Source of the DNA: Eledone cirrhosa
Lineage: Eukaryota
NCBI GenBank assembly: GCA_964016885.1
Contig: OZ024756.1
Location: 19,406,001 to 19,470,000, forward strand
Direction: 5' to 3'
Length of the DNA: 64,000 bases
Shown here: one piece after another, positions 32,369-46,700 of the stretch
Position numbering within the stretch: the stretch's first letter is position 1
Layout of the letters: every line of letters begins with the position of its first letter
The notes under the pieces: model-generated
The model's database searches: none
Told to the model about the DNA's origin: nothing
The model's input: only the letters and a program-made list of their open reading frames with translations
Position numbers and translations under genes: made by a program

Positions 32369-35300
32369 GTAAAAGTGGTTTTTCTGATCCCAATTAATGT
32401 TGTTCTAATAGTACCTGAAAGCGGTTTCAAGGGTTTTATTTAGGGGAGGGAGAAATACTTCAGAATGACAGTTGGGTTGAAACAAGAGTAGAATAGACCG
32501 GTAAGATAGGGGACAAAGATACCAACCCATATTTGCTAAGGGGTAGTCAGAATGTAAACAATGAAATCAACAACTCCAGACAATCTCCATATGCGAAAGA
32601 TTGCATATATATATATGCATATATATATATATATATATATATTTTATATATATATATATATATATGGTTCTTATAAATGAACATACCGTAATTAGTTTCA
32701 TAAACACCCCTAATATATATTTATATACATACGTTATATATATTGTAGTACAAATTTGGTATAAATATCCAAAGGTTTAGAGAGCACTCACTACCTATGA
32801 CGAGTTAAGTATAATTAGTTACTGTTCTAACTAATTATATATATATACTTATATGTAGAGGTTATATATATATATATATATATATAATATAATATAATAT
32901 ATAGAAATGAAAACACAAAGAAGTGTGTTTTGAATTACATTGGGTGAAATATATAAACAGTTTACGTTATGCCAAAGTCTCCAATATATATATATAATAT
33001 ATATGTACACAAAGACACCATATGTGTGTGTTTGTGTATGTATGTAAGTAAGTATATATATATATATATAATTTTATTAAGGCTAAATAGTGAGTCTTGT
33101 TACTCTGGAGTTTCGCCTGTTTATCACAGTCATCAGACAAAAATTCTACTTCGGTATTGAATACTCTTTTCTCTAAGCCGTCTACCACATACGGATACAC
33201 ACATACACACACACGTGTAGGTATATATGGCGTGTATAAAGCTATATACTGTATGTTTATGTATAATAAACATATATATCTCGCTATTAAGGTTTTATGG
33301 TGTGATCATGTCACATCTCCCTGTGAGAATGTTTCAGGATTGTTATCCATCATCAGTGAGACACGAATGAGCTATACCTTATATACTTTTTGTATATAAA
33401 AACATCCGCTGGGAAAGTTCATTTGCATGTAGTTCGTGCTCGACTTGTCTGGGATCCACTAGCAGTAGCACCGCCACAGCGTGATTCATAATAGAAATGT
33501 GTATGAAGGTATATATGATTTGTTTCTGTATAATAAACATATATAAGTCTCGCTATGACTGTTGTGATCATGTCACTCCAGCAGATGATTTATACGCAGG
33601 CATGTATATAAGCTATAGCTCGTTCTAATCCCAGTGTCACTCTACTAAACCTCTAAACCAGGCATAGGCAACCTTTTACGAACTCATCATGTGGGCCACA
33701 GTACTAAACTTCTACAGCAAACATGGGCAACCTTTTACGAGCAATGGGTCGCATGAGATATGGCTCGTCCTATGGTGGATCGCATGAGATGTGGCTCCTC
33801 CTAGGGTGGGATGCGAGTGATATAGCTTGTCTTAAGGTGGGCCCCATGAGATATGGCTCATCATAAGGTGGGTCATATGAGATATGGCCCATCATAAGGT
33901 AGGCCACATGAGATATGGCTCATCACAAGGCGAACCATATGAGATATGGCCCCTCATATGACAGGTCACATGAGATATGGCCCATCATAAAGTGGACCAC
34001 GAGATATGGACCGATATAAGGCGGACCACATCAGATATGGCCCATCATAAGGTGGGCCACATAGGATATGACCCATCATAAGGTGGGCTACATAGGATAT
34101 GGCTCAACATAAGGCGAGCCACATGAGATATGGCCCATCATGAGGTGGACCACATGAGATAGGGAGCATCATAAAGTGGGCCACATTAGATATGGCTCAT
34201 CATAAGGTGGACCACATGATATATGGCTCATCATAAGGTAGACCACATGATATATGGGGCATCATAAGGCGGGCCACATGAGATATAACACATCATACGG
34301 TGGGCCACATGAGATATAGCACATCATACGGTGGGCCACATGAGATATAGCACATCATACGGTGGGCCACAAGAGATATGATCCATCACAAAACTGGTTG
34401 CACTACTAAAAAAAAGTTGAAGGTAATCCGACCCTGTTCTCTGCCCTCTCTCGTTTAAAACTCGCCGAAATCAACTGTGCCTTTCATCCTTTCGAGGTCG
34501 ATAAAAACAAAACCAAAGCCACATTCTAGTATTGAGATCGATTCTTCCTCTCCCTCTCTAGCATTCACCGAAAGAAATCAGCTGGAGAATTCAGACCTCA
34601 AGAGGGAATAGGCTCTCCTAGCTAGGTTTAAAGTACCCGAGGCACGTTGTATGTCTCGAAGGCGTCCCTACGACTTTATCAGGAATTACGTGTCCATACA
34701 CGCACACATATGTGTCTATGAAATACTCAGTTACTCACACCTTATTCAACGAGTAGATAGTTACAGTTGTTTTAACAACTGGAATACTCATTTATGGAAG
34801 CCGATATAAAAATCTCTTTACGTCTACCCACCTCTCTGAGATTGTCCTGATTGAAGGCTTTCCAAACGTGCCCATTCCTCTAATGGATTATCCCATGTGT
34901 CCTTGAGGGTATGAAGTAGGTTTTCACTGTTATTTCTAGCCGGTCAGCAGACTATGGTAGGGGCTTCGTCGTCGTTCGTTACAGTTAGTTTAACAACTGG
35001 AATATTCATCTATTACGTCTGCCCACCTCTTTTAGACTGTCCTGCTTGAAGACTTTCCAGGCGTGCCCATCCCTCACATTGATTATCCTATGTGTCCTTG
35101 AGGGTATGAGGTAGATTTTGACTGCTATTTCTAGAGGATTCGTCGTTGTTGGTTACAATTGGTTTAACAACTGAAATATTCATCTATGGAACCCGACATA
35201 AAAATCTGTTTATGTCTACCCACCTCTCTTAGACTTGTTCTGATTGAAGGCTTTGCAGACTTGCCCATCCCTCGAATGGATTATCTCATGTGTCCTTGAG

Positions 35301-35883
35301 GGTATGAAGTAGGTTTTTCACTGTTATTTCTAGAGGATTCGTCGTTGTTGGTTACAATTGGTTTAACAACTGAAATATTCATCTATGGAACCCGACATAA
35401 AAATCTGTTTACATCTACCCACCTCTTTTAGACTGTCTTGATTGAAGGCTTTCCTGGCGTGCCCGCTCCTCGAATGGATTATCCCATGTGTCATTGAGGG
35501 TATGAGGTAGATTTTGACTGCTATTTCTAGTCGGTTAGGTGACCACGTAGTGGCTTCGTCGTTGTTGGTTGCAAAAACATTTGTCGTTGGTAGTAGGCGG
35601 ACAACGACCAGCGAACATCTACTTCCTGTATGACTTACCGACGATGTTCTCCACCCGAATGGACATAAACTAAGTTATTTACCGAATTTAACTTTACAGA
35701 CTCTAGCCTCCAGCTTTCTCTCCAGAATCTTAATTCTTCCTTACTTAAATAAGCAAACGTAAGTAAAGCTAACTTTATGAACAAAACTCTCGGTCGGTCT
35801 ATCTGTCTTTCAACTGACATTGTTGTTGGTGTGTGTTTTTTTTTCTTTTTAACACACGTTTTCGATTATTCTAGTATATATAT

Positions 35884-35916
<33 letters not shown>

Positions 35917-36058
35917 GTGGTGGAACACTGGAAGGTAATATACGTAGTGGTAGAGCACTCAGTCCATGGGACGAGTACACACACACATATATATACACAC
36001 ACATATATACACACACACATATATATATATATATACACACACATATATATATATACGC

Positions 36059-36104
<46 letters not shown>

Positions 36105-39100
36105 ATATATATATATATATATACACACATACATATATATATACATATATATATACACTCATACATATATATACACACTCATATATATATATACACACAC
36201 ACACACATATATATATACACACACACACACACATATATATATACACACACACACATATATATATACACACACACATATATATATATATACACACACACAT
36301 ATATATACACACACACACATATATATATATATACACACACACATATATATATATATACACACACACACATATATATATACACACACACACATATATATAT
36401 ACACACACACATATATATATATACACACACACATATATATATATATATATACACACACACATATATATATATACACACATATATATATACACACATATAT
36501 ATATACACACATATATATACACACATATATATATATATACTCACACACATACATACTCACACACATATATATATATATATATACACACACATATATATAT
36601 ATATATATACACATACGCACATATATAAATGTATATATATATATATATATATATATGAGGATTAAATGAATTAGACCATTATTCAACAGAGCTCTCGATA
36701 CTTAGGGTAGTACAGTGTGACTACATTAGATATAGTCGGGGCCCGACGGTTGAGCTCTTGCCGTTTGGACAGCTAATTCGAACTAGCTGTCGAAACGGCA
36801 AGATCTTAACCGTCGGGCCCCGACTCTTTCTAATATATATAAATATATATATTATATATATATAAAACCTTCTGTTATAATCACGCTACGTATGGAAGCA
36901 CCATTACCGTTTCTCTTTTAGTAGTTTTGGAGTTCTCGTATTTTCTTTTTTTCCTTCTAAACTACGATATCAACAAAGCCAGGCGTGTGTGATTAAATAC
37001 ATATTCGCACAAGTCAACCGATTAAGTAGGGATTGAACCTTCTGCGAGGAAATTATTTTTCTTTAGTTAATCTTTATTATTAACAAAAGTTAGCTTTACC
37101 TTTTATCCTTACGGGATCGATTAAATAAAGCACTAGTAATGTACTAGGGTCGATTTAATCGACTTTCTACTCTCCCAAATTGTTGCCTTTGTGCCTAAAT
37201 CGGAAACCAGTATTGATATTATTCAAATCTCGCCGAGGTTAGCTTTGCTTTTCATCTTTACGGAGTCGATTAAATAAAGTACCACTTGATATAGTAGGCA
37301 CAAAAGTAATTTAAAATATAAAATGTAGATTACTTTCGTTGCTACAGATTTCTAGAGAAGTATCACATGATAGGTGCAATGTGTCCGAATACGGAAGAGC
37401 CGAACTCCCACTGTCATCGCCTCCACCTCTCTCGCCCTCCCCATCTCTCTCTATAGTGAGCAAATGGGGTCCCACGTGTTGGCCGACCCACAGCCCTGTG
37501 GCGGACAGAATGGGGAAGGCGTTTCGCCGGACGATGGTAAGGGAGATGCGCTGGAAGAGCCATTCCATCTCGCGAGGCTCACAGCTGCGAATGGCCAGCT
37601 CAGCGTGTATGGTTGTAAATAGGGAGGTAGCCCTAGGGCCAAGGACACCAGAAGTCTCCACTGCCACCTGAAACTGACCCTGGTTCTATCGCCACATGAA
37701 ACCACATCTGGGATCTTGTTGATTTGTATATAGGCAGATTTCTACAGAAAAAAGTATTGGGAATCATTTTTGCCCAGAACAATTAACATAAGATTTGGGT
37801 TGGGATGACAACAGGTTGACATTTTTTTTTATTCTTTGTACTTTTTGTGATTGTTTTAAAAAAAATTTTTAATTTTGTTTGGATGAAAAACAAGCACAAA
37901 AAACATAACAAAACAAAACACAGTTATAAAGTATTTTCTGTGTTGACATTTTTCAGGGGGAGATTGCTCAGCAGTTTCAGCTACCAGAGCGACAAGCTAA
38001 GGTGAACCAATTGATCAAAGTTATGGACCAATCATCAGATGACCCATCTCAATTGGAGGATGATGAAGAAACTCCAGCTATATACTGTATTTGTAGAACA
38101 ACTGATTCCTCTCGTTTCATGATGTAAGTAGTTTATGGGTTTTTTGGGGGGGGGGGGGGGCAGGACGTGTGGTGGGGTTATAAATTAGGTTTGGATATTT
38201 AGAAAAAAAAAATGTACGGGCTAGATGTGGGCTCCATAAGCTGTGGGGAAGGCAGCCCATCTTTGAAGGGAGTTGTTCCAAATAAATAAGACTGCTTGGG
38301 GTAGATATGGGCTCCATAAGCTGTGGGGAAGATGTGGGTTTTGAATAAATAAGACTGCACAGGCTAAACATAGACTCCTTAAGCTGCTGGCTCTGAATAA
38401 ATAAGAATGCATGGGCTAGATATGGACTACATAAGCTGTGGGGAAAACAGCTCATCTTTGAAGGCAGTTATTCCAAATAAATAAGACTGCATGGGGTAGA
38501 CATGAGCTCTATAAGCTGTGGGGAAACAGTCTGTCTTTGAAAGGAGTTGTTTCAAATAAATAAGACTGTGTGGGGGGTAGACATGAGCTCCGATAATTTT
38601 TAAATGGATTAAACTATTCTAAGATCAGTTCTAGATATAGTCGTATAATCGATTTAACTCTTAATATCCTGTACCACATGTAACCGCATTAGCAAAACAT
38701 TCTTAAAACATCCATAAAAAATCAACACTGATTGCATCACATTAAAAATCTGTCCACTAGTAAATATACTATAAATATTTGAATTAACAAACCAATATCT
38801 AAATATTTACTAAATCATTACAAAATTTTAAGAGATAATACTTCTACAAATTTTCACAACAATGTGTCCAATAGTAAAGCTACTATAAACATTTGAATTA
38901 ATAAACCAATATTTAAATATTTGCTGTTGAATCATTACAGGATGTTAAGAGTTAAGAGACATATTGTCAACAACTATAGATGGCATGGTACTAGAAGAAT
39001 ATATAAGGAATATAATTGCTTTTATGAGGGTCGACTGAAAATTCATAGGCTGACCAAGATACTCTCATGAAATGATCAAATGAGGTTTATTGTTCAACAT

Positions 39101-39443
39101 AGTCTCTGGAAAGAAACAATGCAGTTATTAATAAGAAGAGTTGAAATTAATACATGCAAGATTTCACTGCTCTAGGATCACCCTGTTATAGTCAGCCTAT
39201 GAACCTTTCAACCAACCCTCGTATGTATGTATATATATTTATGTATACGAGATTCGACTGAAAATTTCATAGGCGGACCAAAATACTCTCATGGAATGAC
39301 CAAGTGAGGTTTATTTTTCAACATAGTCCATGGACAGAAACAATGCATTTATTCATAAGAAGAGTTGAAATTAATACATGCAAGATTTCACTGCTCTAGC
39401 ATCACTCCTTCATAGTCAGTCTATGAACTTTTCAGCCTACCCT

Positions 39444-39487
<44 letters not shown>

Positions 39488-42400
39488 AGCTGTAGAAATC
39501 AAGCCAGAATCAGTTCCCGTATGAGCAAGACAAGGTTAGCCAACCGGACACTGCCCACAACAGGACAACCCGTCTAACCCATACTAGCGTGGAAGAACGA
39601 ACGTAAAACGATGATGATGATGATATATAGCTAGGTAACTCTTGTCATAAAAACACGCAAGTGGTCAAAGAAAATCTGTCTACAATGGAAGATACTTTTA
39701 TTGTTTTGACATAGCTGTTGTTGTTTTCTCTCTTTTATTCTAGTGGCTGTGATAGGTGCAATGAGTGGTACCATGGGGACTGTATCAATGTCACACAGAA
39801 TGAAGCCAAAGTGATCAAACAGTTCTTCTGTGAGGCTTGCAGAGGTATGTTCTATCTTATCATCATCGTCTTCACCTTTCATCCTTATACCACTTTCCTG
39901 AGTCCCAATACGGGCTAACAACAATTCACAAGATGAGTTTCAGCCGAATATCCAACTAATCACATATATATACATATATACAAAAAAAAAAAAAGTCTAT
40001 ATTAGTAACATGACAAAGTCCATTCATTATATTAGTCAAACCGTACCAGTCACGTACTGGGATTAATTTAATCGGTTTCCCCTCCCCTCCCCCAAAAATT
40101 GTTGGCCTTGTGCCTAAATCAGAAACCATTATTTTTAACATTTGATGTCCCATTTGATAACATTTGTGTTGCTGTAGTCCTCTACTCTAATTAAAAAAAC
40201 CCACACCATTTTCTAAACTGTATAGTGAAAGTGTGTGGCTGAGTGGTTAGAGAATTGGATTCACAATCGTGAGGTTGTGAGTTCGATTCCGAGACTGAGT
40301 GATGTGTTATGTCCTTGAGGAAGACACTTTATTTTATGTTGCCCCTTCTACTTGGAATTGCAACCGATAGATAGTATTAGCTATTGGAAAGACCAATGGA
40401 CACATTGTTTCCTAGGTCCGATATGATGCAAGTTGATCGATTATCGATAGAGGTTTATCTCTCCTGCCTTGGATACTGTGGTGTCTGTAGAACATCTTAA
40501 CCATTTTTCTCTTACCCCTCCACTTCTTCTTTAATTCCAGTGAATGATAAGACTCTGGAGATACAGTACAAAGCCAAGAAAGTTATGAGAGACAAGAAGT
40601 ATCAAGCAAGTGACTCCAGTGATACTGAGAAACATCATAAAGACACACCCATGAAGAAAGACAAAGTAAATACCAGCCTTTTGGATTTCTTATTAAATTT
40701 CTTGTACAGTGTGCCCCCAGCATTCGTGGTCCCAGCAATCACAGTCCTGGCATTCGAGGTCCTGGTTTTTCGTGGAATTTTCCTTAGAACCTAACTAATA
40801 ATTGTTTGTGGAAACCACCACATTTTCGCAGAATTGTGAATATCCTCCGCGATTTTTTAATGCCTTTTTTTCGTGCATGGGTTAGACTGACCGTCCATGT
40901 TATGGGACAAGTCTGGCTAGTTGGCCACGCCATACCTTACTCAAATGGAACTGTACTTTGGCTGATTTTTTTTTTTTTTTCTTTCTTTTTTTTTTTTTTT
41001 ACAGCTGGATGCCGTTCCTAACACCAACCATGTTTAAAGTCTGGAACTGGGTGGTCTGGCCAGTTGGCCATGTCGTACCCTGCTCATAGCAGAACTTTGT
41101 TTCAGGCTGCATTTCATGGTTGCTGGATGCCCTTCCTAACCAACCACGTTTGCAGTGTGGAACTGGGTGGCACTGTTATGAGGAGGGACAGGCCAGTTGA
41201 TCACGCTGTACCTTGCTCATAACAGAACTGTATTTTGGGAGCTGGGTAGTCCCATTATCAAGAAGATTTGGCTGCACAATACCTTGCTCATAGCGGGACT
41301 GTAGTTTTGGCTTGGTTTTTGCAGTAGCTGGATGCCCTTCCTAATACCAACCACGTTTACAGTGTGGACTGGGTGCTTTTATCGTGTAGATCACCAGTAC
41401 TAGGGAGGGTGTCGTGTCCTTGACACAACTAAAGGGTCCTCCTAACCCTTTGTTTGGCCAGCTTTCTATAGTAAAATATTGATTGCTTTCCTTGTGACTT
41501 TCATTAATTGATTGATTGATTTATTGGTTGATTGATCTTGTTTGTTCAGGACAAAACTAAACAGAAGAAAAAGTCATCTCGGCGTTGTGGTGAATGTATA
41601 TCTTGTCATCGGCAGGAAGACTGCAGTCGTTGTGATTTCTGTAAGGTAGGAGTAAAGACTTTATAAACATATATCATCATAATCATCATCATCTGTCCCG
41701 TAGTCTGGTGGACCATTGGGGTGCCACAGATGACCTGGCAACCACCTCCAATTCCTCTCACCTTTCCGCCTTCCTCATGGTTGCACTCAGCCTCATGCCT
41801 GTCCATTTTGGGATATTGTCCTCCCACCTCTTTCTCTATCTGCCTCTCTTCCTCCCTCCCTCCCTGCACTGTCCCCTGCAGGACAGTCTTGGCAAGCCCC
41901 GTACCATTTCAATTTTCAATTTGTGTTTTTTTACAATGGTCAGCAGGTTTTTGTAGGGTCCGATGGCTTGCCAAATTCTGTTTTTCAATTCCTCATGAAG
42001 ATTATATATATATAGGAAAATGTATGACCCCGATGGCAGAGCTCAAGCCATTTCGACGGCTATTTCAGCCCAGAAATAGCCGTCGAAACGGCTTGAGCTC
42101 TGCTGTCAGGGTCATACATTTTCCTATTACCCACTCTACTACCCTAAGTATTGAGTACTCTGGTACGTTATAGTCCATCTGGTTCCTTACCACAACTCCT
42201 TCGTTAGACATATATATATATATATGTCTATCTGTTCTCTCCTTATCCAAACTTTCCTGAAAAAGGACTATTGTCCGAAATGTTGAATCCTCTTCCACTT
42301 CCTCCAAACGTGAACTTCATATAATTGTCTAAAATTGCTTCCGGTGTTTTGTTTGTTTCATTTATTAACTACATATATTTATATATATACAAGGTGTCTC

Positions 42401-43687
42401 CCAAAAATGTATACATACTTTTATTAAATTGCTGTTGAAATGTGTATACATTTTTTGGGGACACTCTATATATATATATATATATATATTTTACTCTGGC
42501 AACTTTTTATTTTGTACTTGCTACTACTACTACCACCACCACTTCTATTACTACCACTACCACCACTGCTACTATTACTACCACCAGCATCACTACTACT
42601 ACTACCACTACTACAACTACTACTATCACCACCACCACTACTACTACTACCACGACTACGTTAATTCCTAATACTTCTCTGTTCACTTTGTACTCTGTAC
42701 TTTTGTTTTGTACAGTGGAAACAATTTCTTCCACTGGGCACCATCACCTTCATCACCATGATCAACATCATCATCATCATCATTGCCTTCATCACCATCA
42801 CCATTATCATCACTATCATCATCACCATCCTCATCATCACCACCACCAAAACTATTACCATCAACATCATCACCACCATCACCATCATCACCACCATCAC
42901 CATCATCACCATGATCATTTAAACATTTTTTTGCTAATTTTCCTTTTTTCTTACATTAATGTTTCAAATTTAATTAACAATTTTTTATTTTATTTTATAA
43001 GGACATGAAAAAATTTGGTGGTCCAAACAAAATTCGTCAGAAATGCCGTCTTCGACAATGCCTAAATTTTGTAAGTGTCCTTATAAGGAAAAAGCTAAAA
43101 CAAGAAATAACAAATGTTTATTTTTATCATTTATTTTGTTATTCCTTATATTCATTTTTATGTCAACTTTTCTTCCATGTTGGCATGGGTTGGGCAGACC
43201 TTTTTGAGGCACTGTTTTCCCTCATACATCTGTTGGCCCTTCTTAACAATCAACAAAGTGACTGAAACCCCCAAAAAGTGTTTTATTTCTTTTAAAAATT
43301 GATGTTAGCAAAGCCTGCTCTCTCTGTATTGTATTATCAAAACATTTGTTATTAGGTTAAATTGTTTTTTAGTTAAAACCAATGTGGTTGAGAATCAGCA
43401 CGCAGGAGTTTTAATGAAAAAAACAATTTAACACAGTAACAGATCTTATGTTTTGATAATCCAGCATGGTGAAAGCAAGCTTTGCTAACATCAATTTTTG
43501 TACTTGTTATAATGATCCTTTTTATATATATACCAGGTACACTTTTCAAACCCTTTATCATTTTCCTTATATAACGGGATCTGTACAGAACATTTTCTTA
43601 TGTCCACACTTTTTTTCACTATATATTTGAAATATATATAAATGACACAGGATTGAGATCTCTGGTGGTATTTTGTACTGCAGAAAC

Positions 43688-43728
<41 letters not shown>

Positions 43729-46700
43729 TTCATATAGATGAGATTCTACAGGACTAGAACTGGTTCATTCTTTAGAAATCATCAGGAATCTGGGTATCAA
43801 AAAATAAATATGGTATTTATAGGCCTCTTCAGGTGGTAGGAGAGGGTAGGGAGTGGAGTGGGTAGAGGTCATTGGTTGATAGAAAAGGGAATTCATTAAA
43901 AGCTAATTCTTTAAAGCTATAATTTATATTTAGAGTAACAAAAGCAGAAAGAATTCTATAAACAAGTTATATATATGGAGGCACATGGCTTAGTGGTTAG
44001 AGCATTGGCCTTGCAATCAAAAGGTTGTGAGTTCAATTCTCAGACTGAGTGATGTGTTGTTTCCTTGAGCAAGACACTTTATTTCACATTGTTCCAGTTT
44101 ACTCAGCTGTAGAAATGAGATTATAGGACTGGGGTCCCTATCATTCCACTGCAAAGTGGTTGTGGAGGTGCCACGCAAAAAAGCACCCAGCACTCACTGT
44201 AAATGAGGTTGGTGTTGGGCATCCAGCTGTAGAAATCAAGCCAGAATCAGTTCCTGTCCCACCCTTGCAAGCAGGGAAAAGCAGACGTAAAATGATGATG
44301 ATGATATATATCCACACAAGGGTAAAAGTTCAGCTTTTCACCATTTCTAGGGGGTTTTTCATCCCTTTCTTATTGAAACGTGTATGACAAATATACAATC
44401 AACTTGGAGGTAGTGCCCTAGTAGGACTACAAACTGACCAATGAGTTAGACAAATATACAATCAATTTGGAAGTAGTGCCCTAGCAGGACTTCAGACTGA
44501 CCAAACTGTAAGACAAATATACAATCAACTTGGAGGTAGTGCCCTAGCATGACTTCAGATTGACCCGTGTCTGAAACCAATAAAAGACTAAAAAGGACAC
44601 CTGATTGTATGTTTTTTAATGTTTTAGGGTCTCATCTTATCTGGACAGAAATGGAAACTTCGACCAGAGGAGAAAGAGAGAGATAACCGAACAGTAACAT
44701 CTGTGACAGAATCTATCAACATGGAGATGGAATGTCTGAGGTAAGTTTGGAAATATTTGGAATGTCTGAGGTAAGTTTGGAAATATTTGGAATGTCTGAG
44801 GTAAGTTTGGAAATATATGGAATGTCTGAGGTAAGTTTGGAAATATTTAGAATATTTGAGGTAAGTTTAGAAATATTAGGAAGATTTATTGCATTATCAA
44901 GTATTGTTGTGGGGAAAAAACTCTGAACGCCCCCATGTAACTAAAAGTAGGCTAGGCGAAACTCTATAAATAAGAACTGAAGTGAACTGTCAGGAAATCT
45001 GTGTGTACGGAGTCTCATTGTTGTCTCGCATTGGTAGTTACCTCTGATGAATACCTTGGGTTTTACTCTCATTTCATACAGATATACAAACAGGTGTGTC
45101 ACACCATCATAACAAGTATATGTTAAATAACTAGTAACCCATTAACTCTTTATGATTTAAACCAGCCGTATCAAGCCAGAATTCTCTCACCTCTTTCTGT
45201 TCAAATCAGCCATAACCGGCCACTCGTATCGTTAAGGTATTCTCAAAATAAATATCAAAATCTCAGATTAGATATTATGTGGGATAATTGTGTGAGGTAA
45301 AGGCTTTACTGTGAAAATATAACAGTAAATATAGAGTAATGTAAATGCTAAATGGTTAAGTTGTTCTAGATTAACACCATGGATGTCTAAAGTCTGTCTC
45401 AAGTCAGGAGGCTCAACAGGCCGGTGCTAATCCCGGTTTTATGGCGTGAAGTGACTAAGAGTACAAGACCCCAGTCCACCGCATGGTTAAACTCCAAGCT
45501 ATTGCTGGTACCACAAGCCTGTAAGGTGGTCATGCTGTTGCCACAATAAATAGCACCCTGTCCACCCTGTATGTTGGTCACACCAGTGCCTCAATAAAAA
45601 GCACCCTGTCCACTCTGTAAGGTAGTTGGTGTTAGAAAGGGCATCCAGTTGTAGAAAACCAAGCCAGAAACAGCTCTCTATGGGCAGGATATGGTCACCT
45701 GACCAGTCAAGCCTCATAAGATGACAGCCCATGTAACCCATGCAAGCGTGAAAATAGACATTAAGCTGTGAGGAGGATGTTAATGTATGTATGGTAAATG
45801 TTATCTTATTTATTTAGGAGTTTCTGTCATAATTCTTTCTTTTTATATTGTTTATTATACAGAGGTTTGCCAGAAGAAATAGATTTGCCTGAGGAGGTAA
45901 AAAAAGTTAGAAGGGTAAGGTTATTTTATCTCTCTCTCTCTGTAGTTTATTTGCCTAGTAAAATATTTACTCACACAAACACTTGCTCTCTCTCTCTGTA
46001 GTTTATTTGCCTAGTAAAATATTTACACACACAACCACACACAAACACTTGCCCTCTCTCTCTCTGTAGTTTATTTGCCTAGTAAAATATTTACACACAC
46101 AACCACTTGCTCTCTCTCTATGCACGGTTTATTTGCCTAGTAAAATATTTACATACACAAACACTTGCTCTCTCTCTCTACCCAGTTTATTTGTCTAGCA
46201 AAATATTCAACCACTCACACTCGTTCTCTTTCTCTGTCTAGTTTATTTGCCTAGTAAAATATTTAACCACACATACACACACTCTCTCTCTCTGTCTCTC
46301 CAGTTTATTTGTCTAATAAAATATTAAATATTTATCCCCCCCCCCTCTCTCTCTATTATAAGAGACATATTATAGTGGACATATTGCTGCAAAATATTTG
46401 CAACAATATGTCCACTAGTAAAGATATTATAAACATTTGAATTAACAAACCCATTTTTAGATATTTTCTATTAAATCATTACAGGATGTTAAGAGATAAT
46501 ACTGCAACCTGTCTACCAGTAAATATACTATAAATATTTGAATTAACAAATCTGTTTTTTTAGATATTTAGTGCTAAATTATTACAATGTTAAGAGATAA
46601 TACTGCAAATATCACAACTATACTATAAACATTTGAATTAACAAACCCATCTTTAGATATTTTCTGTTAAATCATGATATTAGGTAAAGAGATAATACTG

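Noticed and set aside
35849-36686. Long YIHT/CVY ORFs
   Set aside because: Dinucleotide microsatellite translations.
42429-43008. Poly-Thr and poly-His ORFs
   Set aside because: Trinucleotide low-complexity intronic sequence.
44732-44926. In-frame [10 protein letters not shown] extension of CXXC1 through the donor array
   Set aside because: That ORF is in a different frame from CXXC1; the true frame hits TAA at once.
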